Positions 47,760 through 59,700 of a DNA stretch of 64,000 nt are shown here, in pieces. The first letter of the stretch is position 1, and the number at the start of each line of letters is the position of its first letter. Both the position numbers and the translations under genes were made by a program. The notes beneath the pieces were generated by a model that did not search any database, was not told the DNA's origin, and was given only the letters and a program-made list of their open reading frames with translations. The stretch covers positions 124,001 through 188,000 of the IMG/VR virus record IMGVR_UViG_3300042566_001512. One strand, given 5' to 3'.

Positions 47760-48510
47760 TTTTTCTCCTCAGACCAACCCGGTAAAGGTTCGTCATACAT
47801 ACAGAGGAGTGGGCGGCTCTTTAGCTGAGCTGTTTCGAACTATCCAATATGACCTGGGAATTTCTGGTCCTAGAATGGAAGTTCTTATTAGCGAGTTTAT
47901 AATAAACGAAAAAAGAAATCTACCCGACAACCGCGTGGCTCGCTTTTTAGTCAGAGGAAATATACGAAGAGAACTAGAAAGATCATCTATGACTTTCAAA
48001 GTCTTCGTCAAGATGCTTAAAATCATAGGCGTTAAACGAATGAACTTTGGGGTCGAGATAGATTTCGGAAACTCCGCACCTATCCAGAAACACAGCGTAT
48101 TCGTTGACCTTAAGAACCACAGCGGAAAAAGCATAGATGAGGACGGGGGTCAAAGTGTCTCTGCCGTAATGTCTCACTTGTGGAATCACATAAGAGAGGC
48201 CCAAGGGTATACAACTGAACAGTTCGATAATCTACTCAGTGAATTTATTTCATCTGAGAGAAAAAGAATAAAGGACAAAAGAATAGCTAAACTTTTTACC
48301 AAGGGAAATGTAAAAAGAGAGCTAGAAAAACCAACCATGACATTCAAGGTCTTTATAAAGGGCCTAAGGGTGATATCGGTAAAACACGTCAAGGTCTTTG
48401 TAAACATAGAAAGATCAAGTGCACAAAAAGATAAAGTGCATTATTTCACTCAGGTAAACTTTAATAGCGAGACCGATTTCGATGAGAATGACAATGACGA
48501 ACCCTCGTAA
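47731..48510 (+). CDS. Tandem two-domain putative DNA-binding protein
   Basis: Two ~115-aa basic repeats (RGNIRRELERSSMTFKVFVK / KGNVKRELEKPTMTFKVFIK). Confidence 0.6.
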   Translation: MKYPYLSPVSFSPQTNPVKVRHTYRGVGGSLAELFRTIQYDLGISGPRMEVLISEFIINEKRNLPDNRVARFLVRGNIRRELERSSMTFKVFVKMLKIIGVKRMNFGVEIDFGNSAPIQKHSVFVDLKNHSGKSIDEDGGQSVSAVMSHLWNHIREAQGYTTEQFDNLLSEFISSERKRIKDKRIAKLFTKGNVKRELEKPTMTFKVFIKGLRVISVKHVKVFVNIERSSAQKDKVHYFTQVNFNSETDFDENDNDEPS

Positions 48511-49024
48511 AAATAGCAACGTGCTAACCGATGCCGAGTTTATCGAAACCATCAATCGGTTAGGAAAGCTAATTCCTTTGGCTGTAGGTATCATAGGCCA
48601 GCCGCACCAGAAAAAAATTACAGATCACCTTAAATCTATTGCATCGAGCGACATTCTGTCACTGACCGATCCCACTAATAGCTTTAACTGGGCATATAAC
48701 AGTAAAAGCGAGCCTTCCTACGTAAAGTTTTACAAGCAGCTAGAGTACATGCTGCTTTCTTGTCGCACTTGCGGATATGAAGACTTTTATGTGCGCCTTT
48801 GCAACAATTTAGTCAAGGGATTAGTCAATAACACAATCAGCGAATACAGCATCAACCCCAATGGAGGAATTCTTGATTTAGCCACAGCCATATACAAAAA
48901 AGATTTTGTAGATTATCTAGTACCGCCCTCAAAAGAAAAAGTTCTACGTAGCTTTCTTTTGGACCAGCCCAACCTCGTAATTCGACTGCTGATAATGCAG
49001 TTTTACCATAACGCGTCAAACTAA
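48482..49024 (+). CDS. Hypothetical protein
   Basis: 180 aa, overlaps the upstream gene. Confidence 0.6.
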   Translation: MRMTMTNPRKNSNVLTDAEFIETINRLGKLIPLAVGIIGQPHQKKITDHLKSIASSDILSLTDPTNSFNWAYNSKSEPSYVKFYKQLEYMLLSCRTCGYEDFYVRLCNNLVKGLVNNTISEYSINPNGGILDLATAIYKKDFVDYLVPPSKEKVLRSFLLDQPNLVIRLLIMQFYHNASN

Positions 49025-49087
49025 ACAAGCGACAAGTGCTTGCTTAGAAGTATTTAGAACAAACGATATTTTTCCAGGAAAACAAAA

Positions 49088-50188
49088 ATGAACGACATTA
49101 CCACCACTTTGCCAGTAGAAAACGCACCGGAAGAAATGACCGCAATGCGTGCGGCCTTCGCCAGCGTGACCAGCAAGCCAACAGATACTGCAGACAGTAC
49201 GTGCATTCAGAACACCGCCGAACAATCTGATGACTTTTTTGTCGTGGAAGCGATTAACGCCATTGAACTGGTGACCGATGCTCCCGTGACGCAAAGCGAC
49301 GACGCTGGCGAAAACGGCTTTTCCGATGGCACAGGTGAGTCCATTCACCCTGCACCTGACGATGTTCTGGATAAGGTGGAAGAACGTATGGGCGAGACGC
49401 GTCAGCGCTCACGTCGTCGCCAGGAAAACGCCCCTGGTGCTGCGTCTGGTGAAAAGCTCAATGCACTAGCTGCGCACTACAAAAAGCCGAATAAGGGTCG
49501 TGCTGCGTTGTTCGACCTGCCCGCTGACCGTCCAGCCAGCCAGTTGCTGAAAAACATCTTTGACCCTTCTACCATCGAAGGAAAAGATGGAGTGGATCAC
49601 ATCAACATCCACAATAACGCAGAAACCGAGCTAGGTCGATTCCTTGACATGAATGCGCATAGTCCATTCGTGCATCCGGATGCAGGTAACTTCCAGTCGG
49701 TTGGTGGCCTGTGGCACTACATCCAAACTCGTCCTCTCATGGAAGAGTTCCGAATTGCCTCGGGTGCACGTGTGCGCACTATGGCAAAGAAGATGAAAGA
49801 TGAGGCGATGTCTAACCAAAATGCGCCTCGCCACACGCCCATTAAGGGCTTTCGGACCATCATTGCAGATGCAATGTGGCACAAGGTGACGCAAAGCGCA
49901 AATGCGGTTCGGATGATGGCAGAATCCACGCTGCCTTTTGAGCACTACTTCACTCAGGGCGAACTAAACATTCGCCAGTATCCCAGCGAAGGCTATTGGA
50001 TCGTGGCCGCATACGAGGAAATTCGCCGCGTCATTAAGCATCGCCTTGCTACAGGTGATACAGAAGCGCAGCCGAACTTCTCGAGCATTGAAACCATGGT
50101 GGATACTCGAAGCCCTTCTCAAAACCGAAACCAGGGTCGGCGCGATAATCCGTACGGCAACCGCCCGCGCCACCAGCCCCGTCGTTAA
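49088..50188 (+). CDS. NADAR-like domain protein with disordered termini
   Basis: DGVDHINI...TELGRFL...HSPF...FQSVGGLWHY core resembles phage NADAR-like proteins; acidic N-terminus, Arg/Asn/Pro-rich C-terminus. Confidence 0.5.
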   Translation: MNDITTTLPVENAPEEMTAMRAAFASVTSKPTDTADSTCIQNTAEQSDDFFVVEAINAIELVTDAPVTQSDDAGENGFSDGTGESIHPAPDDVLDKVEERMGETRQRSRRRQENAPGAASGEKLNALAAHYKKPNKGRAALFDLPADRPASQLLKNIFDPSTIEGKDGVDHINIHNNAETELGRFLDMNAHSPFVHPDAGNFQSVGGLWHYIQTRPLMEEFRIASGARVRTMAKKMKDEAMSNQNAPRHTPIKGFRTIIADAMWHKVTQSANAVRMMAESTLPFEHYFTQGELNIRQYPSEGYWIVAAYEEIRRVIKHRLATGDTEAQPNFSSIETMVDTRSPSQNRNQGRRDNPYGNRPRHQPRR

Positions 50189-50207
50189 CTTAATTTAACA
50201 GGTACAA

Positions 50208-50263
50208 ACCAGCGATCCTCAGATATGCGTACTCTTATGAGTGGCATATCGGGGATCGCTGGT
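50208..50263 (+). terminator. Long interrupted hairpin
   Basis: ACCAGCGATCC...GATATGC...GCATATC...GGATCGCTGGT, T tract downstream. Confidence 0.6.
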
Positions 50264-50304
50264 ATGCCCCATTTATTTTTTCTCATTTATAAAGGATAGG
50301 CATA

Positions 50305-51366
50305 ATGAATAGTCTGTTGAGCTTACCCGTGTTCATCTCCGGTGCCGACGATAAACTTGCCACAGTAGATCTGTACAAAGCAAGCGGAGAAGTCATTAAT
50401 GACATAAGGGATATAAGTGAGGCGTTTAAGGCCAATTCTCTATCCGGCTTATTTGGCGGTAACACTTTACTAGATAGCGCTAAGCTAGATATTATAAAAA
50501 GTTTTGATCAGGCAACTGCTGGTCTAGTCATGGACTCAGATAGTCTAGTAAAGGGGATTATAGCAATAAACCCCGGAATGGTTAGCGCATTAAGAAGTTT
50601 ACCATCTTCAATTCAAGGCGAACTAACAAACGTTAAAGGTTTGATCACTAACATAACTGGCACCTTCAACGGAATCAAGGCAGAAATAACCAAAGCTAGC
50701 TTATCCACAATAAACGGACTTGGTAGCCTAATAAACGGTATATCTGGAGCCAATTTACCATTTAATTTCACAGACAAAAACGGTCTGGCAAAACTTTCTT
50801 CATCTCTGATAATCCAGGCCACTAAAGTTGGAATACCCGGTGTATTTACTGCGTTTGTTAATGAGATAACAGACAAGAAAATAATTAAAGATATAGTCAC
50901 AGAAGTATCCAAATACGCTATAGTTAATAGCGCGGAAGGACTACTTAGCGATATTGCTAATTCACCGGCAGGTAGGATTTTGTCCAGTGTCACTGGGGGC
51001 ATGGCACTTAGGGTTACCCAGGATTATACTAAACCTACCAACAGTAGCGTTTTGCAGCAGTACCAAAAGTATCAAACAATAAAGAACACACTGGATACGG
51101 CGATAGCCCAATGGAACACTTATCAGAGACCGGGAGCTCTTGCTTACGAGGCCGGTTTTATGTCTACCGCCAGTGATGACTTTTTTACAGCCGTTTCTAC
51201 CGCTGCTAAATTCCAGACAAAACGGATTATTCCCAATAACCCTGGGTCGATCAACACAGCAGCAGGAACCAGCGCCGAGGCGTATATGGCGCTTATAACA
51301 AGAAACCCGAACATGACAGCCAAGACTGCTATAAAACAAAACTTCCCTTTAGTATATATTAGGTAA
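50305..51366 (+). CDS. Putative virion structural protein
   Basis: 353 aa; PVFISGADDKLATVDLY N-terminus recalled from phiKZ-like virion proteins. Confidence 0.5.
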   Translation: MNSLLSLPVFISGADDKLATVDLYKASGEVINDIRDISEAFKANSLSGLFGGNTLLDSAKLDIIKSFDQATAGLVMDSDSLVKGIIAINPGMVSALRSLPSSIQGELTNVKGLITNITGTFNGIKAEITKASLSTINGLGSLINGISGANLPFNFTDKNGLAKLSSSLIIQATKVGIPGVFTAFVNEITDKKIIKDIVTEVSKYAIVNSAEGLLSDIANSPAGRILSSVTGGMALRVTQDYTKPTNSSVLQQYQKYQTIKNTLDTAIAQWNTYQRPGALAYEAGFMSTASDDFFTAVSTAAKFQTKRIIPNNPGSINTAAGTSAEAYMALITRNPNMTAKTAIKQNFPLVYIR

Positions 51367-51369
51367 GAC

Positions 51370-51426
51370 ATACACGGCATAAAAGGCTTTTTGGGTTTTA
51401 CCCAAAAAGCCTTTTATGCCGTGTAT
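51370..51426. terminator. 27-bp perfect hairpin between convergent genes (CATA...TATG family)
   Basis: ATACACGGCATAAAAGGCTTTTTGGGT-TTT-ACCCAAAAAGCCTTTTATGCCGTGTAT. Confidence 0.75.
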
Positions 51427-51430
51427 TACT

Positions 51431-53533
51431 TCACTGCCTTTCTGTTCCTTTCATAAATGCGGTCAGCATATTGACTCCTGGTAAATTGGCAAGATCCTGC
51501 CCAATTTTTGCCGGAGATAGATAAGATGCAAAATCTGCCTTTGCTCTAGCCCACTGGTATTTCAGTATTGGCAATCTATCGTTCATGTCTCGCAAATTCA
51601 TAGATGAGAGTGTCATCATGTAATCTGTAAAATTGTTATCCGGATCAAACAGCCCTCTGCCAGGTATAATACTAAAACCTGGAAGTATGGGCATGGCTAC
51701 CACGCTAGATAAGTCCGCCACGGTAAAAGACACGTCTATTGCCATCGGGTGATCGTCGTTATTAAAACTAAGATTAGAAGTACCCCTGGTTACTGTTACG
51801 CTATCTATTATACCGAGCCTACAAGTTCTACGTCCTCTGTCAAATAACTCACACAGAAATGGCGAGGTGTGGGATTGTTTACCTGTAGATAACGGTAACG
51901 CGCCGGCTAATAGGCAACACAGTGGCAAGTACAGGTAAAGCGTTTGCGATATTATATTTCCATAAGGGGAAATAAGAGTGAAAGAGTAGGTGCTCTTGTT
52001 TAGAGTAGCTGTGGATTCTGACCAGTTATCGGGTATGTCAACAAAGGCACTGCCTGCTGCAGCTGCCAGGCCGTCTAACTGTAGACTACTAGCCACTCCG
52101 CTCAATATAGAGGTTACCCCTGTCGTTATAGTCTCCGATATGCCTAGGGGATCAATGTTACCTCCCGCAAAGTTAATTCTCAGGTCTCTGGCGGTTGAGG
52201 ATAAGCTATTAATCTTTTCTGCCATTGAGGATTTAGAGGTGGAGCTTCCAAATGACTCAGTTGCGGCACCTGTATTATTTACTCTAAAAGATACCCAGTC
52301 ACTGCCGTCTGCTAAGGTGGTGACAAAGTGCTCGGCTATACCTGCAGAATCTTTGCTGGGCTCAAACGGAGTATCTTTTAAATCTGCTTGTTCGTTTTCG
52401 GAACTGGTAGCTGGCGCTTTAAGGTCCTTTTCTACTTTACCCGAAAAAAGTTCACTTACTCCAGAAAGAATACCTACGTCTAAAAAGCGAGTAATGTAGG
52501 ATTCTAAAGAAGGTGACTCGTATTCTTTAGGCTCTTGTAGCCCTCCGCCCTGCTCATTCATTACCTTCTTTACTCTACCGTACCAGCCTTCTGCTCCTGC
52601 TTGTGGTAGCTGCTGGCGAAGGGCGTAATCCTGTCTTTGTTGCAATCGCTTTGATCTGTTTGCTATTGCGTATACGTCGATACTGCCGTCAGTTTTAAAG
52701 CCATCTGGAAAAAGAGTGCTCAATACACTGGTTTGTTGGGTGTTAATTTTTTGGGTAGTGCCCATTATAGTCTCCTGCTGATATCTAGGAGAAAATGTAG
52801 ATACGCCCTTGTTAACGGCTATCTGGTTCATCATGTTGGTAACGGCTAGCCAATAAGTTGGCATGGACGGCTTTAAATAATAAAACTTACTAGATGGCCA
52901 TTTCATGAAGAATCGTGCGGCGTGACCTATTAGGCCTATGGCTATCGGAACAATCGCCAGCGGCAATATAGCTAAAGTAATGACGGTTCCTCCGGCTTTT
53001 AAAACGTCCTCAACTATAGTTGTATCGAATCTGCCGGTCCTGGCAAGGGTGCTAGCGTTGCTGTTATAAAATCCGGTGAAAAACTGAAAAAGAGAGTTGT
53101 AGCTAGGAACTCCAAAACGCAAATGCACTACTTGCATGTTGTCGTCTATGGCCTCCGAGTAGTAATTACCCATCCCCAGCTCGCCTCTTTGAAGCTGCAG
53201 TGTTGTTTGGCTAGCTCCAGCCCTAAGACCCGGTTCACGTATGTCTGCATATCTTGTAAATTGCGGAAGGGGGTTTATGCAGACATTACCGCCTAGACTG
53301 GAATCTGTCCATTTAAGATAAGCAGAGCTAAAATACCTGTTTTCTAAATCTATGGAAGAAAGAAAAGATTCATCACCTTCGGTTGAGAGTATGAATGCTT
53401 GCCTTACCCATTCCTTATCTTTTACTGCTATTGTGGGTATTTCCTCAGAGGGTGGTTTCTGTAGTAATATATCAGAAGCCATCTTGTTTAGCTTCCCGGA
53501 ATCTGTTATTTCTAACCCATATTCTTGTGCCAT
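51431..53533 (-). CDS. Baseplate/tail-tube initiator-like structural protein (phiKZ gp182-like)
   Basis: 700 aa; TDSSLGGNVCINPLPQFTRYAD, LRFGVPSYNSL, LISPYGN and LGIIDSVTVTRG segments; follows the large tail protein. Confidence 0.65.
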   Translation of the reverse strand: MAQEYGLEITDSGKLNKMASDILLQKPPSEEIPTIAVKDKEWVRQAFILSTEGDESFLSSIDLENRYFSSAYLKWTDSSLGGNVCINPLPQFTRYADIREPGLRAGASQTTLQLQRGELGMGNYYSEAIDDNMQVVHLRFGVPSYNSLFQFFTGFYNSNASTLARTGRFDTTIVEDVLKAGGTVITLAILPLAIVPIAIGLIGHAARFFMKWPSSKFYYLKPSMPTYWLAVTNMMNQIAVNKGVSTFSPRYQQETIMGTTQKINTQQTSVLSTLFPDGFKTDGSIDVYAIANRSKRLQQRQDYALRQQLPQAGAEGWYGRVKKVMNEQGGGLQEPKEYESPSLESYITRFLDVGILSGVSELFSGKVEKDLKAPATSSENEQADLKDTPFEPSKDSAGIAEHFVTTLADGSDWVSFRVNNTGAATESFGSSTSKSSMAEKINSLSSTARDLRINFAGGNIDPLGISETITTGVTSILSGVASSLQLDGLAAAAGSAFVDIPDNWSESTATLNKSTYSFTLISPYGNIISQTLYLYLPLCCLLAGALPLSTGKQSHTSPFLCELFDRGRRTCRLGIIDSVTVTRGTSNLSFNNDDHPMAIDVSFTVADLSSVVAMPILPGFSIIPGRGLFDPDNNFTDYMMTLSSMNLRDMNDRLPILKYQWARAKADFASYLSPAKIGQDLANLPGVNMLTAFMKGTERQ

Positions 53534-53728
53534 TTAGTGTTTTTCCTTATACTGGTGTAAGTTTCTCATCATTTCATTTCAATGCATCACGGATAGTCGT
53601 CTACCCGAAAATAAAAGGGTCTTGTGCTATTGACAATAATAAACCCTTTACGTAGAAATGATTAATTAATTCACATAATCAGCAAGCGCATATCCAAATA
53701 TAAATAGTTATTTTATCGAGCAGCATCA

Positions 53729-53760
53729 TAAAAAGGGATAGGCTAGCCTATCCCTTTTTA
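53729..53760. terminator. Perfect 32-nt palindrome
   Basis: (CA)TAAAAAGGGATAGGCTAGCCTATCCCTTTTTA. Confidence 0.68.
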
Positions 53761-53768
53761 TTCATTAA

Positions 53769-56700
53769 TTAAGCAGACTTTCGCATAGAAACAGGTGCAG
53801 ACGGAGGTTCGTATTTACGACCATCGCTTTTGCTAGTGGGTACATTAGCTGTTTCTTTTGCGGCGCTTACAGTGTTTATCTTATCGTATATCAACTTCAT
53901 TATGTCCAGAGTCTCCTTATGTACAATCAGGGATTGTGCCAGTAAAGATTCTGTATTGACCATAATGTCGGCAGTAAGGGTGTTTTTAGCCGCGTTATTA
54001 TTTTCAGTAGAGGTACCTGCTACTCTAGGGTTTACTCCCACTGCGTCGTTAAGCGGGGAACTGCTTGCTTGCTTACTTGCCTGTACGGCCTTTTCCTGCT
54101 GTGCAATAGGCCTGACTTTAGGGTTATATGAGGACTTCGGTCCTTCTATTTGAGAACTGGCCAGTTGTTCGGGCGGTAATCTTGGCGGCTGCTGCGCCGC
54201 AGCGGGCATTACATAGTCGCCATTTATTTTTGGAGAAGAACTTACAGCGGACACTACTCTTACGAAGTCCTCTCGGGCTCCGCTAGACTTGTTGCTCCCA
54301 ACTCCAGCGTAGTAGCTTCTTCCGGTTTTATAAGGTAGGCTGGCCCATTCTTTGCTGATATTGTCAGCAAATTGACCGGCGTCAATTTTTCCCTTTACGT
54401 AGTTATCAAGCCCTCTCATCTTTAATAACCCCACGGCCAACTTGTCCTGGGTCACGGGATTAAAAATGTCAGTTGCTTTTGCGTATCCGGCCTTAATTAG
54501 TCCGCTTAGAGTTTTTCTTATTATTTGATATTTTCCTACCGCAGTAGATTCGTGACCTCTAGCGATCATGTCTTTTTGGTAATCAGATACCTCTGCGATT
54601 GACATCTTTGTCAGGTTAGGTTCGGTTTTCCCGCCCACTAATATATTGTAATTTCCGTTACTTTCTTTTTGACCAATAAATTCCAATAAGGTATTTGTTG
54701 CGGGGTCAAAAGTCTTAACAGGTTCTCTCTTTATGTCGGCAGTCATAAGTCCTGAATCTTTTCTCGACTTCATCACTTGACTGGCTCCGTCGTCGTACTT
54801 GGGGTCTTTATCCTTAGATACGATCGAGGTACCTAGAGTGTTGTTTTGTGCATTGTTGTTTAGGGCCGGAGCGTTATTCGATGCCCTACTTTTATCCACT
54901 GCGACTTCTTTTGAAGTGGAAGCCGTGTCGCTCTTAAGTGGGGTAGAGTCGGCCGGTTTTGTCTTGGCCACATAATCGTGCTGTGTCTTTTCTTTGGCGC
55001 GCTCTGCAAGATACTCCAGGTTACCTTCTACACTAGAAGAATCGGTGTTTACCTGATACCCGGGCCACGGAGAATCAGTTACACTCCAAACTCCATTTAT
55101 GGAAGAGATTGTCTTAGCAACCTGAACAATTTTATTTGGACTTATAATTACAGGCGCTTCAGCTTTAGGCGGCTTTCCCGTTTCTGTTATATGCGCGGTT
55201 ACGTAGTTGAGGTAAACTGGCAAGAATCTGTCTCTAAACCACTTACCCCAAGAAACTGCTGCCGGCCCAAATAAATCAGATATACCAAAGTAAACGTTCA
55301 CCTTCTGAAGTAATTCGTTGAAATTATCATCAAAAGTAGCTTTGGTACCTTGTATCTTAATTAACTTACTAGTTTCGTTTTCTAGTTTATTTAGAGCTAT
55401 TACCTTAGACAGCTCCAGTTCCTTAATACCGTATGTTTTATATCTGATTGCATCAAAAGCAGAAACGGTATTTTTTAATATAGTAGAACCCACAGTGGAC
55501 GCACCGGTAACTGCGGTACCTGAGGGCTTTGCTTTTTCATCCGGTTTTCCAAGATCCACTCTAACGGCAGTGTTAGCGGCCTCTTGTGGAGGCTTTACGT
55601 CGGTGGGTAATCCAGTTGCCGTCTTTTTAGCATCGCCAGCTGGGGTAGCGAATTCTTTTAGTGCCGCCTCTATTGCTGCACTTACGTCCGCCGAATCTGA
55701 GGCCACGTACTTGCCTCCCAATATTGGAAGAGTCCCTGTTTTATAAGGACCGCTGGGGAATTTAGTAGCTTCTATGTATTTTAATTTAACGTCCTTCTTT
55801 AGGTCATTTATTTTAGATAAGTCAATACTGCCATTTAAAATGGACAGCGCACTTACGTGAGTAAGGTAGACGGGTTTAAATCGTTTAATGTACCATGTGC
55901 CAAATTGTCTCTTGTGGTCATTATCCTTAGAAGAAAAACCGAATATTGACATCATCTCCTCAATGTCTATTTTCTTTTCTTCTAACTCCGCTTTTTCCGA
56001 ACCCACTTTAACGAATTGTTTTAAATATTCTTCTAGATCTACTATTTTGCTAAAGTAGCTAGTTTCTTCTTTTTTAAAGCCGTATTGAACATAGCGTATG
56101 TTATCGAGCACTGTGGGCTTACTCATCCATCTGCGAACGGCTTTATAGCCCTTATAAGCACCGTAACCGACGGCAGCGGCACCCAGTATACCAAGGGTCA
56201 CTGGAGAGCTTACAACGGCCGCTAGACCGGCTCCTAAGGCACCTAGTGCACCGGTAGCAGCCGCGCCCACGCCACCGGCGCCAGCTACCGCGGTAACGGC
56301 ACTTCCGGCTAGACCGGCCACTCTTCCAATTCCTAAAAGTTTGCCTAGCCCGCTTAGTACTCCTCCGCCCTTCAATAGAGTTTTAAAGCCGCCCAAGAAA
56401 CCGGTGATGGCGTCAAGAGCACCGGACAATAGGCCGATCAATCCGCCCTTCTTGTCTTTTTCCTTACCAGGCTCAGCCGTTTTAGAGGACTGCTGCTTTG
56501 CTCTTTCTGCGTCTCTTCTGGCTTTTATATCTTCCCATGAACCTTCACGGTCACCGTCACCGTCTCGGTCGCCTTTTACTTTCTTTTCTGCGAAGAAGTC
56601 CGTAAAAGTATTTTTGATGTCACCCAGAAGGGAGACGGTCTGTTCGCCGGTGGTAGCTTCTTTATCTTTTTTATTTTTTATTGAGGAATTTGGCTTTATA

Positions 56701-59700
56701 GCTTCGCTTACGTTGAGCTTTACTCTTCTGCTAAACAACTTGTTTAATTTCTTAAACCCAGAAATTATTTTTGCAGAAGTAGAGGTCTTCAAAGGTTTTC
56801 CATTTTGACCTAACAAACCTTCGTCTATGTCCTCGTTGCTCAAAACCATGGTTTCTTCTTTCTGGTCCCAAACAGGTCCGTCAATGTCGGAGACCAAAGA
56901 AATAATCTTTCCGGTTTTCTCAGATATGTATCTGCCGGCTTTCATGAGTGCCGCTCTTAGTCTAGGCTCAGGCTCACCCTTTACATATACGTCCTGTGGC
57001 TTACTGAGGTAGCGTATAAAACCACCTGCAACTTTAGCAGTGGCTCCGGCCAAACCCCTGGTTATTAACTTGGTTAACTTCAACCCCTTTTTCATTGTCC
57101 AGGCAGCTGCGGAGGTGAGTTTATTCATTATCCATTTTGCTGGTTTAAATGGATTAAATATGCCAAGCATAGAGTTATAAACACGCAAGTTTGGTAAGTC
57201 CTCGTCAAAGATTTTGACGTTACCTGCGGCGTCAACCACTTCGCCATTTATGTCGTTTTGATGATATATGGGCCTTCCGGTTGACCTGTTAAAGTACTCT
57301 CCGTTTCTTAGCCTGGTTGCGTATAGTCTAGGCTCCGGTTCGTCACCCGCGTATACGTCTTTTACGCTATATGGACCTGTCCCCATCGTAAGTTTTGCTA
57401 AATTTATGCCAAATTTAGCGCCCTTTGCCAGCATTCTGAAGTTAAACTTTGTAAGCGGTATACCTATTTTGTTATAGTACCAAGAAACTCCGCCTATTAC
57501 TTTTCCTGCTAGTTTTAATAATTTCCTAATAGGCGCAAATCGCTTTTGCCTGCTATCGTATACCACGAGGCTGTCTAGTTCTTCTACCGATACAACTGAC
57601 CTGCCTTTTTCATCCTTTACCTCGCCTTGGATTTGTTCGGGTAAATAAATAGTCTTTCCAGAAATTGCGTCAGAGTAGTGGCCTTGTTGCATTTTAACTG
57701 CTGTCATTCTGGGGTATTTTTCACCACCGACCCAAACGTCTTTGGCGCCGCCAAAAGCTACGCTTTTGAACATGTCGACAGTGTCCTTTACACCTGTCCA
57801 GGCCCTTTTTAAAATATCTACTGCTACAGATCCGGCCTTTGTGTTTTTTATATTTTTGGCTATTCCGTCAAATGTACCTTTTGCATAGTCGCCAAATCTT
57901 TTATACTGGCCGTCTTTATCTTTTACGTATGACTGATCAAGTTCATCGGATTTCAGTACGGTTTGTCCGCTTACGATGTCCTTAACGGTTCCGTTTATGT
58001 CAGACAAGGTTTTTACTATTTTTCCAGACGCCAGATCCACGTAGTGTCCCGCCTGTAGTTTAGCTTTTATGATTCTGGGGTTTTCTTCGCCCGAAACTCT
58101 CAAATCAACCCATTTGTCTTTGAGAGTAAATGAGAGCTTTTGTATTTTGTCCTTTATCTCAGAATACGATTTACCAGAATAACCATCCTGGTTATTTCTT
58201 TCTTTAGAATCGTTTAGTTTGGTGGAAACTTTTCCTAGATAATTTTTAAATTTCCCGTATTGGCCGGATACTCTTTTACCTACATTGGCCTCGCTTATTT
58301 TTTGCTTTTGCTTCTTAAAGAAAAGTTTAGCTTTTGTAAACTGAGTCTTTCCTTTGTTTAATATATCTCCGGCGGGGCCGTTACTGTTTTCTTTGTTTAC
58401 TTTATCTTTTTCTTCAAACTTACTGGCTTTGAACAAATCTGTAATTTCTTTGTAATAGCCTATAGAAGTGTCTAGTCTCTGTATAATTTGTTTAAAATAA
58501 ACTTCACAGTCTTGATCTTTCTTAGATAAAGGCGAGTAGTCGGATCTGGTAAATGAAGAAGTACCAACAGAAGAATAATCCGCAGAGGAAAAGGAGCCGA
58601 CTCTACTGGAGACTTTGTCTGGCGCAACTGTGGGTTTAGAGATACCGGTTTTTTGCTTACGCACATTAGGCATCCGGCGCTTTTTGCCGATTTGGCCTTT
58701 GTAGAAGTCTTCCATGTCAAGATCATAACCTTCTTCTTTTCTGGTTATAATCCCAAGCTGAACCAGCTCGTTTTGTCTACCTTCCGATATAAGCTGCTCT
58801 ATGGTAGCCCTAGGGTCGTTCATGCCTCTTACCAGGGAGTTCATCTGTCTATTGAGCAACAGCATTTCACTGGGCTTACTTTCCAAGTCGGACAAGTACT
58901 TACTTGTCAGTTCCTTTGGTCTTCCCTCCAAGCCCTTTTCCAGCTTAGATGACTGCATTTTATTTTTCAGGAAGGCCTGTTTTATGCTTATTCTTTCTTC
59001 CTCACTGAGTTTGTCCTCTGACTGAGAATCTATTTTATCTATAATTTTATCAAGGATGTCGTTTGTTCTTTTGGCATCATTGTCGTTGTATACTCTTGAG
59101 GCTATGCTCTTGAGTAATTTCGTTTTCCCAGTAAATCTGCCCTTGTCTTGATCGTACTCCACTCTGTCTATGTTTGGATTTCCCGTACGAATAATTTGAA
59201 TTTCTTGCAAAATTCTAGACAAATATCCAGGTATAATTTCGTTGATGGATCTTTCGGTTTTCAGTGTAAACGGCTGTACAGCGCTTAAGTCTTTACCCGT
59301 GAGTCTATTAAAACTACTGTCCACGTTTAGGGACGGCAAGATAGACTGCAGGCCGCGCATGATCCAGGCGCCTATGCCTTCTTTATTCGACCACGAATCG
59401 TCCTTCCTGAAATTTTCCGCGCTCCCTACTATATTTTCATTAAAGTTTTCTAGGTAATCCCCAACCTGCTCCACCTTAGGAAATACCTTTTTGATAGGTT
59501 CTTTAAAGCGCTTAGCAACACTGTAACCTACCGTGTTTGCCAAAAGGTCACCCGCGATCTCGCCACCTGTTTGATAAGTATCAAGCATGCCGGGCGCTAC
59601 CTGTTCACGAGCCATCTCAGCATCAGTAAGTCCAGATCTGAATCCCTGGGCATTTCTTTTTATAGTTTCTATAGTTCTATCTCGTATTTTACGAGTAGTC

